DNA of 64,000 nt from an uncultured Eubacteriales bacterium (GCA_964545475.1 CAZJGG010000002.1:4892-68891); one strand, 5' to 3'. Positions 27,078 to 36,233 are shown, counted from the first letter of the stretch. Notes: a model not told the origin generated them from the letters alone. Translations and numbers: made by a program.

Positions 27078-28127
27078 ATGTCAAAGGCTATGGATTTTGA
27101 ACTTGCTCAAGCGGCTTATAAGCTTTTACACGACCAAGTAAAAATTAAAAAAGGTGAAAGCGTTTTAATTACTATTGATTCTGTTTGCGATACTCAAGTT
27201 GCAGACGAATTTGCAAAAATGGCGGAAGCTCTTGGGGCAAAAGTTATGCTTGTGCGCCATTCAACTCCAAAGGGTTACGGTGCGCTTACAATGCCTTATT
27301 TACCAGACCCTCTTAAAGCTTGTGCTTTTGAAACAGACGTATGGATTGAACTTAACGACCAATGGCTTCTTTACTCACCAATTTGGGACAAAGCTGTTAC
27401 AAACGGCAGAACAAGACAAATTATGCTTGGTGGACTTGGCGTTGAACGTATTGTTCGTTGCATAGGTAAAGTGGATATTGATATTCAAAAAGAATTTCAA
27501 GACGAGCTTACAAGGCTTACTAAAAACGCAAAAGAAGTTAGAATTACAAGCACAGTAGGTACAGATGTTAAGTTTTCAAGCAAACCAGGACGAAATATTA
27601 ACAACGAAATTATGTACGATACTCCTGGGGCTCATTTCCTTCTTGGCCAAATTGGCTGGGCACCGGATGAAGAAACAATTAACGGCGTTATTACTTTCGA
27701 CGGTTCAGTTTGCGGCGGCGCAGGCGCAGAGTTTATGGATTTAAGCAAAAACCCGATTTCATATGTTGTTGAAAAAGGCAGAATTGTTGAATTTAGAGGC
27801 GGAGAAGAAGCTAAAATTCTTGAAGCATATTTCGCAAGCCTTAACGACCCTAATATGTATATTGCGGCTCACGTTTGTTACGGCGTTAACCCTAACGCAA
27901 TTTTAGCAGGTTGCACAACAGAAGACGAACGTATTTGGGGTAGCACTCAATGGGGTTTTGGTCACCAAGGATCTAATTATTCCGGCGGCGAACCAAGAGT
28001 GGCAAAAAGCCATATCGACGGTATTTGCAAAGTTTGTACAGTATACCTTGACGGCGTGAAAATATTAGACGAAGGTAAATACATTGAACCAAAACTTGCA
28101 GAATTAGCGGCTAAACTTGGTAAATAG
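27078..28127 (+). CDS. M29 aminopeptidase-fold / NicX-like metalloenzyme
   Basis: 349 aa. The N-terminus KKGESVLITID...AEALGAKV resembles the aminopeptidase T (M29)/NicX fold family. Candidate metal ligands are H265 (AAHVCYG) and H312-x-D314 (KSHIDG). Confidence 0.55.
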   Translation: MSKAMDFELAQAAYKLLHDQVKIKKGESVLITIDSVCDTQVADEFAKMAEALGAKVMLVRHSTPKGYGALTMPYLPDPLKACAFETDVWIELNDQWLLYSPIWDKAVTNGRTRQIMLGGLGVERIVRCIGKVDIDIQKEFQDELTRLTKNAKEVRITSTVGTDVKFSSKPGRNINNEIMYDTPGAHFLLGQIGWAPDEETINGVITFDGSVCGGAGAEFMDLSKNPISYVVEKGRIVEFRGGEEAKILEAYFASLNDPNMYIAAHVCYGVNPNAILAGCTTEDERIWGSTQWGFGHQGSNYSGGEPRVAKSHIDGICKVCTVYLDGVKILDEGKYIEPKLAELAAKLGK

Positions 28128-28148
28128 TGAAGCGAGGTGCTTTGTGTA

Positions 28149-28760
28149 ATGTCTAAAAAAATAAAGGGTGGGGCAGACCCGTTCCCTCCATATCAATATT
28201 TTGATGAAAACGGCGATGTAGTGGGTAGTGATTTTAAGCTTGTTACAGATGCTCTTATAAAAGCAGATTATGAGCCAGAGGTTGTTATTGACGAATGGAG
28301 TATTATTGAAGGAATGCTTTCACGCAAAGAGCTTGACTTCGGCTTTCAAGTTCAAAAGACTCCAGAAAGAGAAAAGAAATATTTCTTTTCAAAACTCCTT
28401 AGAAATGCAGAAACTCAGCTTGTAACATGGGATAAAGACCTTAGGCTTGAAAACTATGGAGAAATTGCGGATAAAAAGCTTAAAATTGGTGTTATGTCCG
28501 GCTATTTATATGGAGATGCCATTGACAATTTACCTTCTGATCTTAAAGTTTGTTATGATTCAGGGGAAGAGCTTCTTAAAGACATAGACAGTAAAAAAAT
28601 AGATTTAGGCGTATTTGATAAAGGCGTTAAAGAATATGTTATGAAAAAATATTCATTGCAAAACATATATAGCGTTGATAATTTAACATTTATTCGCCCG
28701 CTGTATGTTGTGTTTGCAAACCAACAGGTTTGTAACGATTTTAATGAAAACTATGAATAA
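28149..28760 (+). CDS. SBP_bac_3-like solute-binding domain protein without signal peptide (predicted cytoplasmic)
   Basis: PFPPYQYFDENGDVVGSDFKLV and TPEREKKYFFS match the family-3 amino-acid SBP pattern. The N-terminus MSKKIKGGADP has no hydrophobic leader or lipobox. Confidence 0.6.
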   Translation: MSKKIKGGADPFPPYQYFDENGDVVGSDFKLVTDALIKADYEPEVVIDEWSIIEGMLSRKELDFGFQVQKTPEREKKYFFSKLLRNAETQLVTWDKDLRLENYGEIADKKLKIGVMSGYLYGDAIDNLPSDLKVCYDSGEELLKDIDSKKIDLGVFDKGVKEYVMKKYSLQNIYSVDNLTFIRPLYVVFANQQVCNDFNENYE

Positions 28761-28769
28761 ATAGAATCT

Positions 28770-28920
28770 TAGAGTCTGTTCAGAATCAAGCTTTTGGTGG
28801 ATTTTTGAGTAAATTTTTTGAGGCAACCGTTAAAGTGGTATCTTTGTGCAAGGAGCCGCTGACGTAGCAATTCGGAAAATTTGACAAAAAGACGCCAAAA
28901 TGGAGATTCTGAACAGGCTC
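28770..28920 (+). repeat. Long palindromic intergenic repeat, family C copy 2 (about 151 nt; core motif on plus strand)
   Basis: Termini agagtctgttcagaatc / gagattctgaacaggctct, inverted relative to the copy at 17906-18071. Confidence 0.8.
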
Positions 28921-28932
28921 TATAGGCAAAAT

Positions 28933-28972
28933 TAAAGACACTTCTAATTTAGAAGTGTCTTTAATACTTTTT
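28933..28972. terminator. Hairpin terminator between convergent transcription units
   Basis: Stem aaagacacttc / gaagtgtcttt with a 7-nt loop, followed by aatactttttt. Confidence 0.65.
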
Positions 28973-29240
28973 TAAAATATTGAGAAAAGTATACATACAA
29001 TTCCCTTTAATCATGAAAGCTATCTTAATATAGCCTCCTTTTAAAAAACACAAGGGTTAAATTCAACCTCTTTATATTATTATACTATCACATACATCTA
29101 TACGTTTTAACAATTTCTAATGAATTAAATTACAAAAATTTTTCATTCCAATAATCCCCCTGACAAATTACTATGTTAGTATAGCACTTTTTACATAACC
29201 CAACAAGTATTTTGCCGAAGAATTTATGTTTTAGAATTTA

Positions 29241-30632
29241 TTAAAACTCTGCACTACCAACAGTTCTTGGGAACGGAATAACGTCTCTAATGTTTTGAAC
29301 CCCTGTAACATACATTAAGAAGCGTTCAAAACCTAAGCCGTAGCCGACGTGTCTAACTCCGCCGTGGCGGCGCAAGTCTAAATACCACCAGTAATCCTCT
29401 TTGTTAAGCCCTAATTCGTCCATACGGCGTGTTAAAACGTCTAAGCGTTCCTCACGCTCGCTACCGCCGATAATTTCGCCAACGCCGGGTGCAAGCAAGT
29501 CCATAGCTCCTACAGTTTTATTATCGTCATTTAAGCGCATATAAAAGGATTTAAGCTCCTTTGGATAGTCTGTCACGAAAACAGGGCGTTTAAAGTGTTT
29601 TTCTGCAAGAAAACGCTCATGTTCGGATTGTAAATCGCATCCCCAAAAAACAGGGAATTCAAACTTGGATTTTGCATTTTGCTCTTCTAAGATAGCAATT
29701 GCCTCTGTATAAGTAACATGGGCAAATTCGGAATCTACAACGCTTTGAAGCCTTTCAATAAGACCATTGTCAACAAACTGGTTAAAAAACTCCATTTCTT
29801 CAGGGCATCTATCCAAAATATATTTTACAATAAATTTAAGCATATCCCTGGCAACTTCCATGTTTACATTCAAATCCGCAAAAGCAATTTCAGGTTCAAT
29901 CATCCAAAATTCTGAGGCGTGACGTGAAGTGTTGGAGTTTTCCGCTCTAAACGTAGGACCGAAAGTATACACTTTACCAAAGCTAAGGGCAAAACATTCC
30001 ACGTTTAACTGGCCAGAAACAGTAAGGCTTGTTTTCTTTTTATAATAATCTTGGGAATAATCTATTTCACCGTCTTTCATTGGGGGATTTTTTTCGTCAA
30101 GGGTAGTAACCCTAAACATTTCTCCTGCGCCCTCACAGTCACTTCCTGTAATAATTGGAGTGTGAACATAGGCATAGCCTCTGTCGTGGAAAAATGTGTG
30201 AATAGCATAAGCCGCCTCGGAACGCACACGAAAAACTGCGTCGAATAAATTTGTTCTAGGGCGTAAATGGGCGATTGTGCGCAAAAATTCCGGTGAATGG
30301 CGTTTTTTCTGTAGAGGGAATTCCGGAGTGGATTCTCCTTCTATTACAAAGCTTTCCGCCTTAAGCTCAAAAGGTTGTTTCGCCCCCGGTGTTTCCACAA
30401 TTTTGCCTGTTACTCTTATTGCAGCTCCAACGTTTTGGCGCATAAGCCCTTTATAGTCCGCAAGGTCGTCTGCACTGCAAACAATTTGCAAGCTTTTAAA
30501 AAAGCTGCCGTCTTTAATTTCAATAAACCCGATTGCTTTTGAATCTCTTAAAGTTTTAACCCAACCGCAAACTGTTATTGTTTCGTTTAAATATTTTTTA
30601 GTGTCACGGTATAATTCTTTTATGCTAACCAT
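29241..30632 (-). CDS. asnS: Asparagine--tRNA ligase
   Basis: 463 aa class-IIb synthetase with an N-terminal OB fold, [21 protein letters not shown] (motif 2 region) and C-terminal GLGFERF...PFPR. Confidence 0.93.
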   Translation of the reverse strand: MVSIKELYRDTKKYLNETITVCGWVKTLRDSKAIGFIEIKDGSFFKSLQIVCSADDLADYKGLMRQNVGAAIRVTGKIVETPGAKQPFELKAESFVIEGESTPEFPLQKKRHSPEFLRTIAHLRPRTNLFDAVFRVRSEAAYAIHTFFHDRGYAYVHTPIITGSDCEGAGEMFRVTTLDEKNPPMKDGEIDYSQDYYKKKTSLTVSGQLNVECFALSFGKVYTFGPTFRAENSNTSRHASEFWMIEPEIAFADLNVNMEVARDMLKFIVKYILDRCPEEMEFFNQFVDNGLIERLQSVVDSEFAHVTYTEAIAILEEQNAKSKFEFPVFWGCDLQSEHERFLAEKHFKRPVFVTDYPKELKSFYMRLNDDNKTVGAMDLLAPGVGEIIGGSEREERLDVLTRRMDELGLNKEDYWWYLDLRRHGGVRHVGYGLGFERFLMYVTGVQNIRDVIPFPRTVGSAEF

Positions 30633-30645
30633 TTACATATCTCCT

Positions 30646-31449
30646 TTATCTGGTTTTCAATCTTACTACTAAAATAATTCTGTCTTTTTTAGTGCTTCCT
30701 GCAATCTCTTTTATAACAACTCGCCCAAAACCCCGTATAGTTACGGTTTCGTTTTCCTTAAGTGTTTTAGAAGGCTGTTCACAAAGCTCCCAATTAACAA
30801 AAGCTTTGCCAGCTTTAATTATATCGCTGGCTTTGGAGCGAGACATATTAAAGGCAGAGCCTATGACACTATCCAACCTTATGGACGAAACGGTGATTCT
30901 TTTCTCAATGTAATTTTCGGAAAAGTCGTCAATTTCATTTACAATTTCTGCCGTTACGTTAGCGTTTCCAACCTTTTCAAGGTTTGAACATATAAAGCCG
31001 GCAAGGCTGTCTTTTACAAAAACATAAGCTCCGTTTTCATTAGTAATAATATCTCCTAAAAATGCCCTGTTTATTTGAAGCCCCATAATAGAGCCTAAAT
31101 AATCACTGTGTTTTAACGTCTTTGAATACTTTTGGTTATAAACAATTTTCAGTATGGAAATTGGAAAGTCCTGGTCAGTTAACTCATGATAGTCCGGGAA
31201 GATTCCAATAATTTTCCTTTCACTGCTTTCATAACCGCCATAGGTTTTTATATCTATTGGTAAGCCTTTAACAGAAAAAACACTATGAGTAAACGCCGCA
31301 AGCCTCACAGGGTCGTAAAAGCTTGAAAACATAGGCTCATGGTGTTTTAAACAATGTGCGGCTAAATCGATTATTTTAGAAAATTCTTTTTTTGTTTCGC
31401 TGTCGTTAAAATTATTTTTAAGTAACTGCTTTAACTCTTCTTTGTCCAT
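30646..31449 (-). CDS. ylmH: YlmH-like RNA-binding (S4 domain) cell-division-associated protein
   Basis: C-terminal S4-like segment (RLDSVIGSAFNMSRSKASDIIKAGKAFVNW). Its position after yggT/sepF/yggS matches the ylm cluster order. Confidence 0.8.
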   Translation of the reverse strand: MDKEELKQLLKNNFNDSETKKEFSKIIDLAAHCLKHHEPMFSSFYDPVRLAAFTHSVFSVKGLPIDIKTYGGYESSERKIIGIFPDYHELTDQDFPISILKIVYNQKYSKTLKHSDYLGSIMGLQINRAFLGDIITNENGAYVFVKDSLAGFICSNLEKVGNANVTAEIVNEIDDFSENYIEKRITVSSIRLDSVIGSAFNMSRSKASDIIKAGKAFVNWELCEQPSKTLKENETVTIRGFGRVVIKEIAGSTKKDRIILVVRLKTR

Positions 31450-31450
31450 A

Positions 31451-31747
31451 TTAAAAGCTTGTCCCTATTTGAAGTATTAATACAATCAGTACACTTTTAA
31501 TTATTTCGATTAAAGCATATGCAATTATAGGTGAAAAATCCATTCTCATCCCAGGGCCTCCAAGAGGAGATTTTCTAAGAGCATTACGAACAGGGCCTAA
31601 AATTGGTTCTGTAAGTACGTATAAAATGCGGATAACGTTTCCATCTCTCCCTATGGGTAACCAGGACACAATTACTCTAATAAAGATTGCAAACTCTAAA
31701 AAAATAGCGAAATATTCTATGCCTTGTCTTATAACATATAAACTCAT
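31451..31747 (-). CDS. yggT: YggT-family membrane protein
   Basis: Small two-TM protein with VSWLP...ILGPVR, typical of YggT. GGAGG precedes the ATG at 31747; the ORF-track start at 31771 runs into the upstream hairpin. Confidence 0.85.
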   Translation of the reverse strand: MSLYVIRQGIEYFAIFLEFAIFIRVIVSWLPIGRDGNVIRILYVLTEPILGPVRNALRKSPLGGPGMRMDFSPIIAYALIEIIKSVLIVLILQIGTSF

Positions 31748-31775
31748 GTCAAGCCTCCAAAAATAAAACAAATTA

Positions 31776-31800
31776 GCCGCCCGGGAAAAACGGGCGGCTT
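31776..31800 (-). terminator. GC-rich hairpin between sepF and yggT (candidate attenuator or processing site)
   Basis: agccgcccg-ggaaaaa-cgggcggct. On the minus strand it is followed by a T-rich run. Confidence 0.55.
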
Positions 31801-31804
31801 AATA

Positions 31805-32344
31805 TTACTTAAATGCAGCAATCCAAGGAAGAATTAAATTAGAATCTTTAATTTTATCCTTCATTTGTGATGTGATAGAAATATTAGCCGGAGCTATTAA
31901 AAATATGTCGTTTGAAATCCTTTGAATTTCACCGGAAACCGCATAACACGCACCGCCTAAAAAGTCTGCTATTCTTTGGGCATTTGCCCTTTCAACGCCC
32001 TCTAGGTTTACGACACATAAAATACTGTTCTTCAAATGGTCGCAAATGCTTGTGGCATCGTCCACAACTTCCGGACGACAAATAATAATTTTTGTTTTAA
32101 GATCTGTGTTATACGTTGGAAGAGTTAACACTTTTGAATCCGTGTTATTTTTCTTCACACGGGTTGTTGCGTAATCCACGCTTGCTGCTCTTTCACGCTC
32201 TGCTTCTCTTTCTTTGACGGTTTTTTTGTAACTAGGCTCTTCATATTCGTCGTCGTATTCTTCTTCGTAGTAATCTTCCTCGTAAAAATCGTCTTCGTAA
32301 TCTGTTCCGAGCATGTAGTCTTTAATTTTCGTGAATAAACCCAT
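31805..32344 (-). CDS. sepF: Cell division protein SepF
   Basis: Acidic/Tyr-rich linker followed by a conserved C-terminal SepF domain (IIICRPEVVDDATSICDHLKNSILCVVNLEG...RIADFLGGACYAVSGEIQRISNDIFLIAP). Confidence 0.9.
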   Translation of the reverse strand: MGLFTKIKDYMLGTDYEDDFYEEDYYEEEYDDEYEEPSYKKTVKEREAERERAASVDYATTRVKKNNTDSKVLTLPTYNTDLKTKIIICRPEVVDDATSICDHLKNSILCVVNLEGVERANAQRIADFLGGACYAVSGEIQRISNDIFLIAPANISITSQMKDKIKDSNLILPWIAAFK

Positions 32345-32363
32345 TTGCTTATTTCCTCCCTTG

Positions 32364-33053
32364 TTAAATTCTGGAACCGAATATTCCCGTTCCGATTCGA
32401 ACCAGATTGGCCCCCTCTTCTATTGCAACCTGATAATCGTTTGTCATACCCATAGATAAAAAATCCATATTATTATTATGGTCAAGTTTGTCCTTAATGT
32501 CAATAAATAATTTTCGCATTTTATAAAATATTCCCCTATTTTCTTCCGGGTTTGCGACAAAAGGCGCTACGGTCATTAAACCCTTCAAGTTTACGTTTTT
32601 TAAAAACGTGATACTTTCAGCAAATTTTAAAGCATCATTTTCAGAAACTCCAAATTTCGATTCTTCGTTGGCGATGTTAACCTCAATTAACAATTGTGTT
32701 ACAGAATTATGTTGACGTGATTTTTCATCAATTTCCTGCGCAAGCTTCAAACTATCGACAGAATGTATAAGTGCAACCTTATCCACAATATATTTAACCT
32801 TGTTTGTCTGTAAATGACCTATTAAATGCCAAACTGGTTTGCCAGTTATATTATCATATTTTTGCAAAAGCTCCTGCACTCTGTTTTCCCCAAGGTTTTT
32901 AACACCTAAATCAACAAGCCGCTGTATTCTTTCCTCTTCTATAGTTTTTGTTACTCCAATAAGCGTTACCTCATTGGGGTTTCTTCCTGCTTTTTTTGCC
33001 GCCGATTCAATATGTTCTTTAATAAGCTGTAGGTTTTCACTAATATAGTCCAT
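32364..33053 (-). CDS. yggS: YggS-family pyridoxal-phosphate homeostasis protein
   Basis: VTLIGVTKT (PLP lysine), GENRVQE and WHLIGHLQTNKVKY. AGGAG precedes the ATG at 33053. Confidence 0.92.
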   Translation of the reverse strand: MDYISENLQLIKEHIESAAKKAGRNPNEVTLIGVTKTIEEERIQRLVDLGVKNLGENRVQELLQKYDNITGKPVWHLIGHLQTNKVKYIVDKVALIHSVDSLKLAQEIDEKSRQHNSVTQLLIEVNIANEESKFGVSENDALKFAESITFLKNVNLKGLMTVAPFVANPEENRGIFYKMRKLFIDIKDKLDHNNNMDFLSMGMTNDYQVAIEEGANLVRIGTGIFGSRI

Positions 33054-33063
33054 AAAAAAACTC

Positions 33064-34746
33064 CTATTCAATAACACTACTTAACTTTTGTCCGTCCACA
33101 AGTGTTTTCGTATCATAAATTATTTTGTCGTTAAGCCTTATATTTTTATTAAGTTCTGCGTTTAAAATTACATAGCCATCTTTTTCAGGCAAGTCTTCAG
33201 TTATTATAATCGGTTCAAAGTCGGCATAGCCATTATTTAAAACAAAAACGCCTTTAACATTTTCAACAGAGGACAAAACTATTTCTTTTTCCTTGTTTAT
33301 AGGGTTTGCTAATGTATCACCTAACATAATCCCTTTGTTTAAGTCTTGATAAATATAAACAAAATCGTCATCGGTGCTCTTTATATTAAGGCTAATTGTT
33401 TCATACTGAAACGTATCGTTTTTCATAAGCTTCCTAATAACTGTGGAGTCTTCCTCGTTTACATAATCTACAGGAATTTTTAAAAACGTTCTGTCTACAA
33501 TTGCGGCAACGGGAATTTTAAAACCGTTAAATCCGCTGTTTGTAAGCTTAATTTTTATACCTCGCATATCAATATAGTCAAGCATGTTGTTGTTTGTAGA
33601 AAATAAAATAAAGTTTTCTTTTTCATTTTCGATAATTTTATAAACAGTCATGGATAAAGGTTCAAACGCCCCATCGTTTTCAATATAAATAGTTTTTTGC
33701 TCTTTTTCTTTATAATCATAAACAAGCTCCTTTGGAGCATAAAGGGCAATATACCACGTATTTGACTCAATAATTTTAAATATTGGGTCTGTTTCGTTAA
33801 CAGCGGTTTTTCGTTTTATAACGGCATAATCAACTGTCATACGGGTTTGTTCAGGAGATATGCTTTCAAGGTTTTCTACAGAAAGAAGCTTTTCCGTTCC
33901 GTCAACGCTGTAGCATAAAATGCCTGTTTCGTTTGTGGTTATATTCTTTACTCCGTCTTTAAGCTTTTGCTGAAAAGTATTTTTGTTCTCCACAAGGTTT
34001 TGAACACTTCCTCTGTTTTCAGATAAAAGCATGTTATTTCTAATGGCAATGTTTCTTTCAACGTTTTCTTTAAGCAAATATATGGCTTCCATATTATCAG
34101 ACAAAAAACGCCGTCTTGCATTGTCTATGTTTTCTTGAATTTGCTTATTTGTCCGTTTAACATCTTGGCTAAAGCCGGATATGTCTTCCCGCTTTTTTTG
34201 CATATCGAAAATTTCCGCTGAAACATTTTGTAAATTTGTGTTTAGTTCCTGAACAAATTCTTCGTTTTGAACGGAACAAATAACAACACCTTTTTTAACC
34301 CTTTCCAAATCACCGTAATTAAAATAAACGCTTCCTGTTGCAGGGCTTTCATAAACATTTTCGTCTCGCACTATAATTCCGTTTAATATTGTGGGCAAAT
34401 CAATTGTGCCGTATTCAACGGCAATAGTTGCTACGCTTTTGTCTTCTAACACTCCAAAAGCACCTCGGACTATATAAACTAAAACTCCGATAGTTACAAG
34501 CACAAGAACAACAACGCTTGTAATGCTTGCATATTTTTTGCTTTTAAGCCTGCGCTTTTTCTTGTATTCTTCCAAATCCGCAGTTTTGCTTTTAACACCC
34601 TTTTTTGGTGGAATTGGCTTGCTTTTTTTTGTTTTATTTACTTGTTTATTTGCAGCAGTAGGCTTCCTTACCGTTTTTTTCTTTCTGGCAGGAGCTTCCT
34701 TTTTTTTGTTTGGTTGAGGCTTTTGTGGTGGTCTTTTTTTAACCAT
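33064..34746 (-). CDS. Membrane-anchored coiled-coil protein, HlyD/membrane-fusion-like
   Basis: Lys-rich N-terminus, one TM (ITSVVVLVLVTIGVLVYIV), and a central coiled-coil region flanked by beta-rich segments, as in HlyD-type adaptors. The call rests on architecture only. Confidence 0.45.
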   Translation of the reverse strand: MVKKRPPQKPQPNKKKEAPARKKKTVRKPTAANKQVNKTKKSKPIPPKKGVKSKTADLEEYKKKRRLKSKKYASITSVVVLVLVTIGVLVYIVRGAFGVLEDKSVATIAVEYGTIDLPTILNGIIVRDENVYESPATGSVYFNYGDLERVKKGVVICSVQNEEFVQELNTNLQNVSAEIFDMQKKREDISGFSQDVKRTNKQIQENIDNARRRFLSDNMEAIYLLKENVERNIAIRNNMLLSENRGSVQNLVENKNTFQQKLKDGVKNITTNETGILCYSVDGTEKLLSVENLESISPEQTRMTVDYAVIKRKTAVNETDPIFKIIESNTWYIALYAPKELVYDYKEKEQKTIYIENDGAFEPLSMTVYKIIENEKENFILFSTNNNMLDYIDMRGIKIKLTNSGFNGFKIPVAAIVDRTFLKIPVDYVNEEDSTVIRKLMKNDTFQYETISLNIKSTDDDFVYIYQDLNKGIMLGDTLANPINKEKEIVLSSVENVKGVFVLNNGYADFEPIIITEDLPEKDGYVILNAELNKNIRLNDKIIYDTKTLVDGQKLSSVIE

Positions 34747-34851
34747 TTTACCCTCCCGCCTTTGATTATTAAGATGAGTCAGGCGCTATAAAACAGCCCA
34801 ACAAAGTGAAAAAGTGATAAAAATAAAAGAATGTTTTATATACCGTTTTAA

Positions 34852-35017
34852 TATACTCCTTAAGGCACAAATTTGCAAAGTAAAAACGGCTAAAATCTTA
34901 AACTGCTGCGTCAGCTCCTCCTAGCTTGCCCCTTGGCAAGCGTCGTCGTCGCTTCCTTGCATTTTATGATTTTATCTCGTTTTTCCTTTTGCAAATTCAC
35001 ACCTTAATGAGTATATA
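34852..35017 (-). repeat. Long palindromic intergenic repeat, family B (about 166 nt; core motif on minus strand)
   Basis: Termini tatactccttaaggcacaaatttgcaaag / cttttgcaaattcacaccttaatgagtata. Shares the TATACTCCTTAA ends and the central core with family A. Confidence 0.8.
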
Positions 35018-35036
35018 ATTTTTAGAGGTGTTTCCA

Positions 35037-36233
35037 GTGAAAAAAAAAGAACCCAAACAGCTTAAGGGGCTTATTATTCCTTTATTAGTTGCGTTTTTTA
35101 ATGTTCTGATAATATTATTTCCTCAAGACATTTTAGCGGCATCAAGAGATGGGCTTTCTTTGTGGTTTAATAATGTCCTGCCTTCTTTAACTCCGTTTAT
35201 AATCGGAACAAACATTTTAACAGGTCTTGGGTTTGTAAATTTTTTAGGTACTCTTTTAGAGCCTTTAATGTATCCGCTTTTCGGAGTGCCCGGCTGTGGG
35301 GGGTATGCCCTTGTAACAGGCATGATGTCTGGATACCCTGTAGGAGCAAAAACAGTCGCTTCTTTATCCCAAACAGGCCAGCTTGAAAAACATGAAGCCC
35401 AAAGGCTCATTGCATTTTGTAACAATTCCGGTCCGCTTTTTATGCTTGGTGCTGTTGGAAACGGCATGTTTTCAAGCACAAGCGTGGGTTATTTTTTAAT
35501 GATAAGCCACTATATTTCAGCCATTTTAACTGGCTTTATTTTCAAATTTTATAAATATAACAATAAAAGAAAAAGCTTAAATACACGTAACTTGTTTATG
35601 CAGGCGGTAAAAAATATGTCTGTCGCAAGGCATAAAACAAATAAGGGGTTCGGCGAAATTCTGGCAATCAGCGTAAAAAACGCAATGGAAACGGTTACTG
35701 CCATAGGTGGGTTTATTATACTTTTTTGTGTTTTAGTAAAAATAATCGAAGTAACGGAGCTTATGTACTGGGTTTTGTTCGCTGTAAGACCCATAATACA
35801 ATTTTTTAATATTGATGCCGAACTTTTTAAAGGTTTTTTCTCAGGGCTTATAGAGGTTACAAACGGCTGCCGCCAAATTTCTTTATTAAGCTTTTCAAAG
35901 ACTCAGCTTTTGTTAACAGTTTTTATAATTTCCTTTGGCGGATTTTCAATATTCGCCCAGTCTGTAAGCTTTATTGCTGGAACAGAGATTAATGTTTTTA
36001 TCTATTTTATATCAAAGATTATTCAAGCCGCTATATCAGCAGGAGTAGCGTTTATAATTTTTCCGCTTTTTAAGTTTAGTAGTGAAACAGTTACAGCATA
36101 TTTTCCACAGGAAAGCGGTGTTTTAAGCCGATATGCAACGTCTTCAATATTATTTTTAGGGTGTTTATTATTTTTATTGGTATTAACTATAGTAATAAGC
36201 CTTTTTAAACGTTCCGGCGTAAAAAGGCGTTAA
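35037..36233 (+). CDS. ylbJ: Sporulation integral membrane protein YlbJ (nucleoside-recognition domain)
   Basis: Polytopic membrane protein with SLWFNNVLPSLTPF and CNNSGPLF motifs. It sits next to coaD-rsmD, as ylbJ does in Bacillus. Start is uncertain: GTG 35028 or GTG 35037. Confidence 0.8.
   Translation: MKKKEPKQLKGLIIPLLVAFFNVLIILFPQDILAASRDGLSLWFNNVLPSLTPFIIGTNILTGLGFVNFLGTLLEPLMYPLFGVPGCGGYALVTGMMSGYPVGAKTVASLSQTGQLEKHEAQRLIAFCNNSGPLFMLGAVGNGMFSSTSVGYFLMISHYISAILTGFIFKFYKYNNKRKSLNTRNLFMQAVKNMSVARHKTNKGFGEILAISVKNAMETVTAIGGFIILFCVLVKIIEVTELMYWVLFAVRPIIQFFNIDAELFKGFFSGLIEVTNGCRQISLLSFSKTQLLLTVFIISFGGFSIFAQSVSFIAGTEINVFIYFISKIIQAAISAGVAFIIFPLFKFSSETVTAYFPQESGVLSRYATSSILFLGCLLFLLVLTIVISLFKRSGVKRR

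Noticed and set aside
30633-30645. T-box leaders upstream of asnS (30633-30645) and lysS (47025-47064)
   Set aside because: The gaps to the upstream genes are only 13 nt and 40 nt, far too short for a T-box. Both synthetase genes appear co-transcribed with the preceding gene.
35011-35018. TATAAT at the right end of repeat B acting as the ylbJ promoter
   Set aside because: It lies only 10-20 nt before the candidate start codons, so the transcript would lack the observed RBS. This is more likely a coincidence of the AT-rich terminus.
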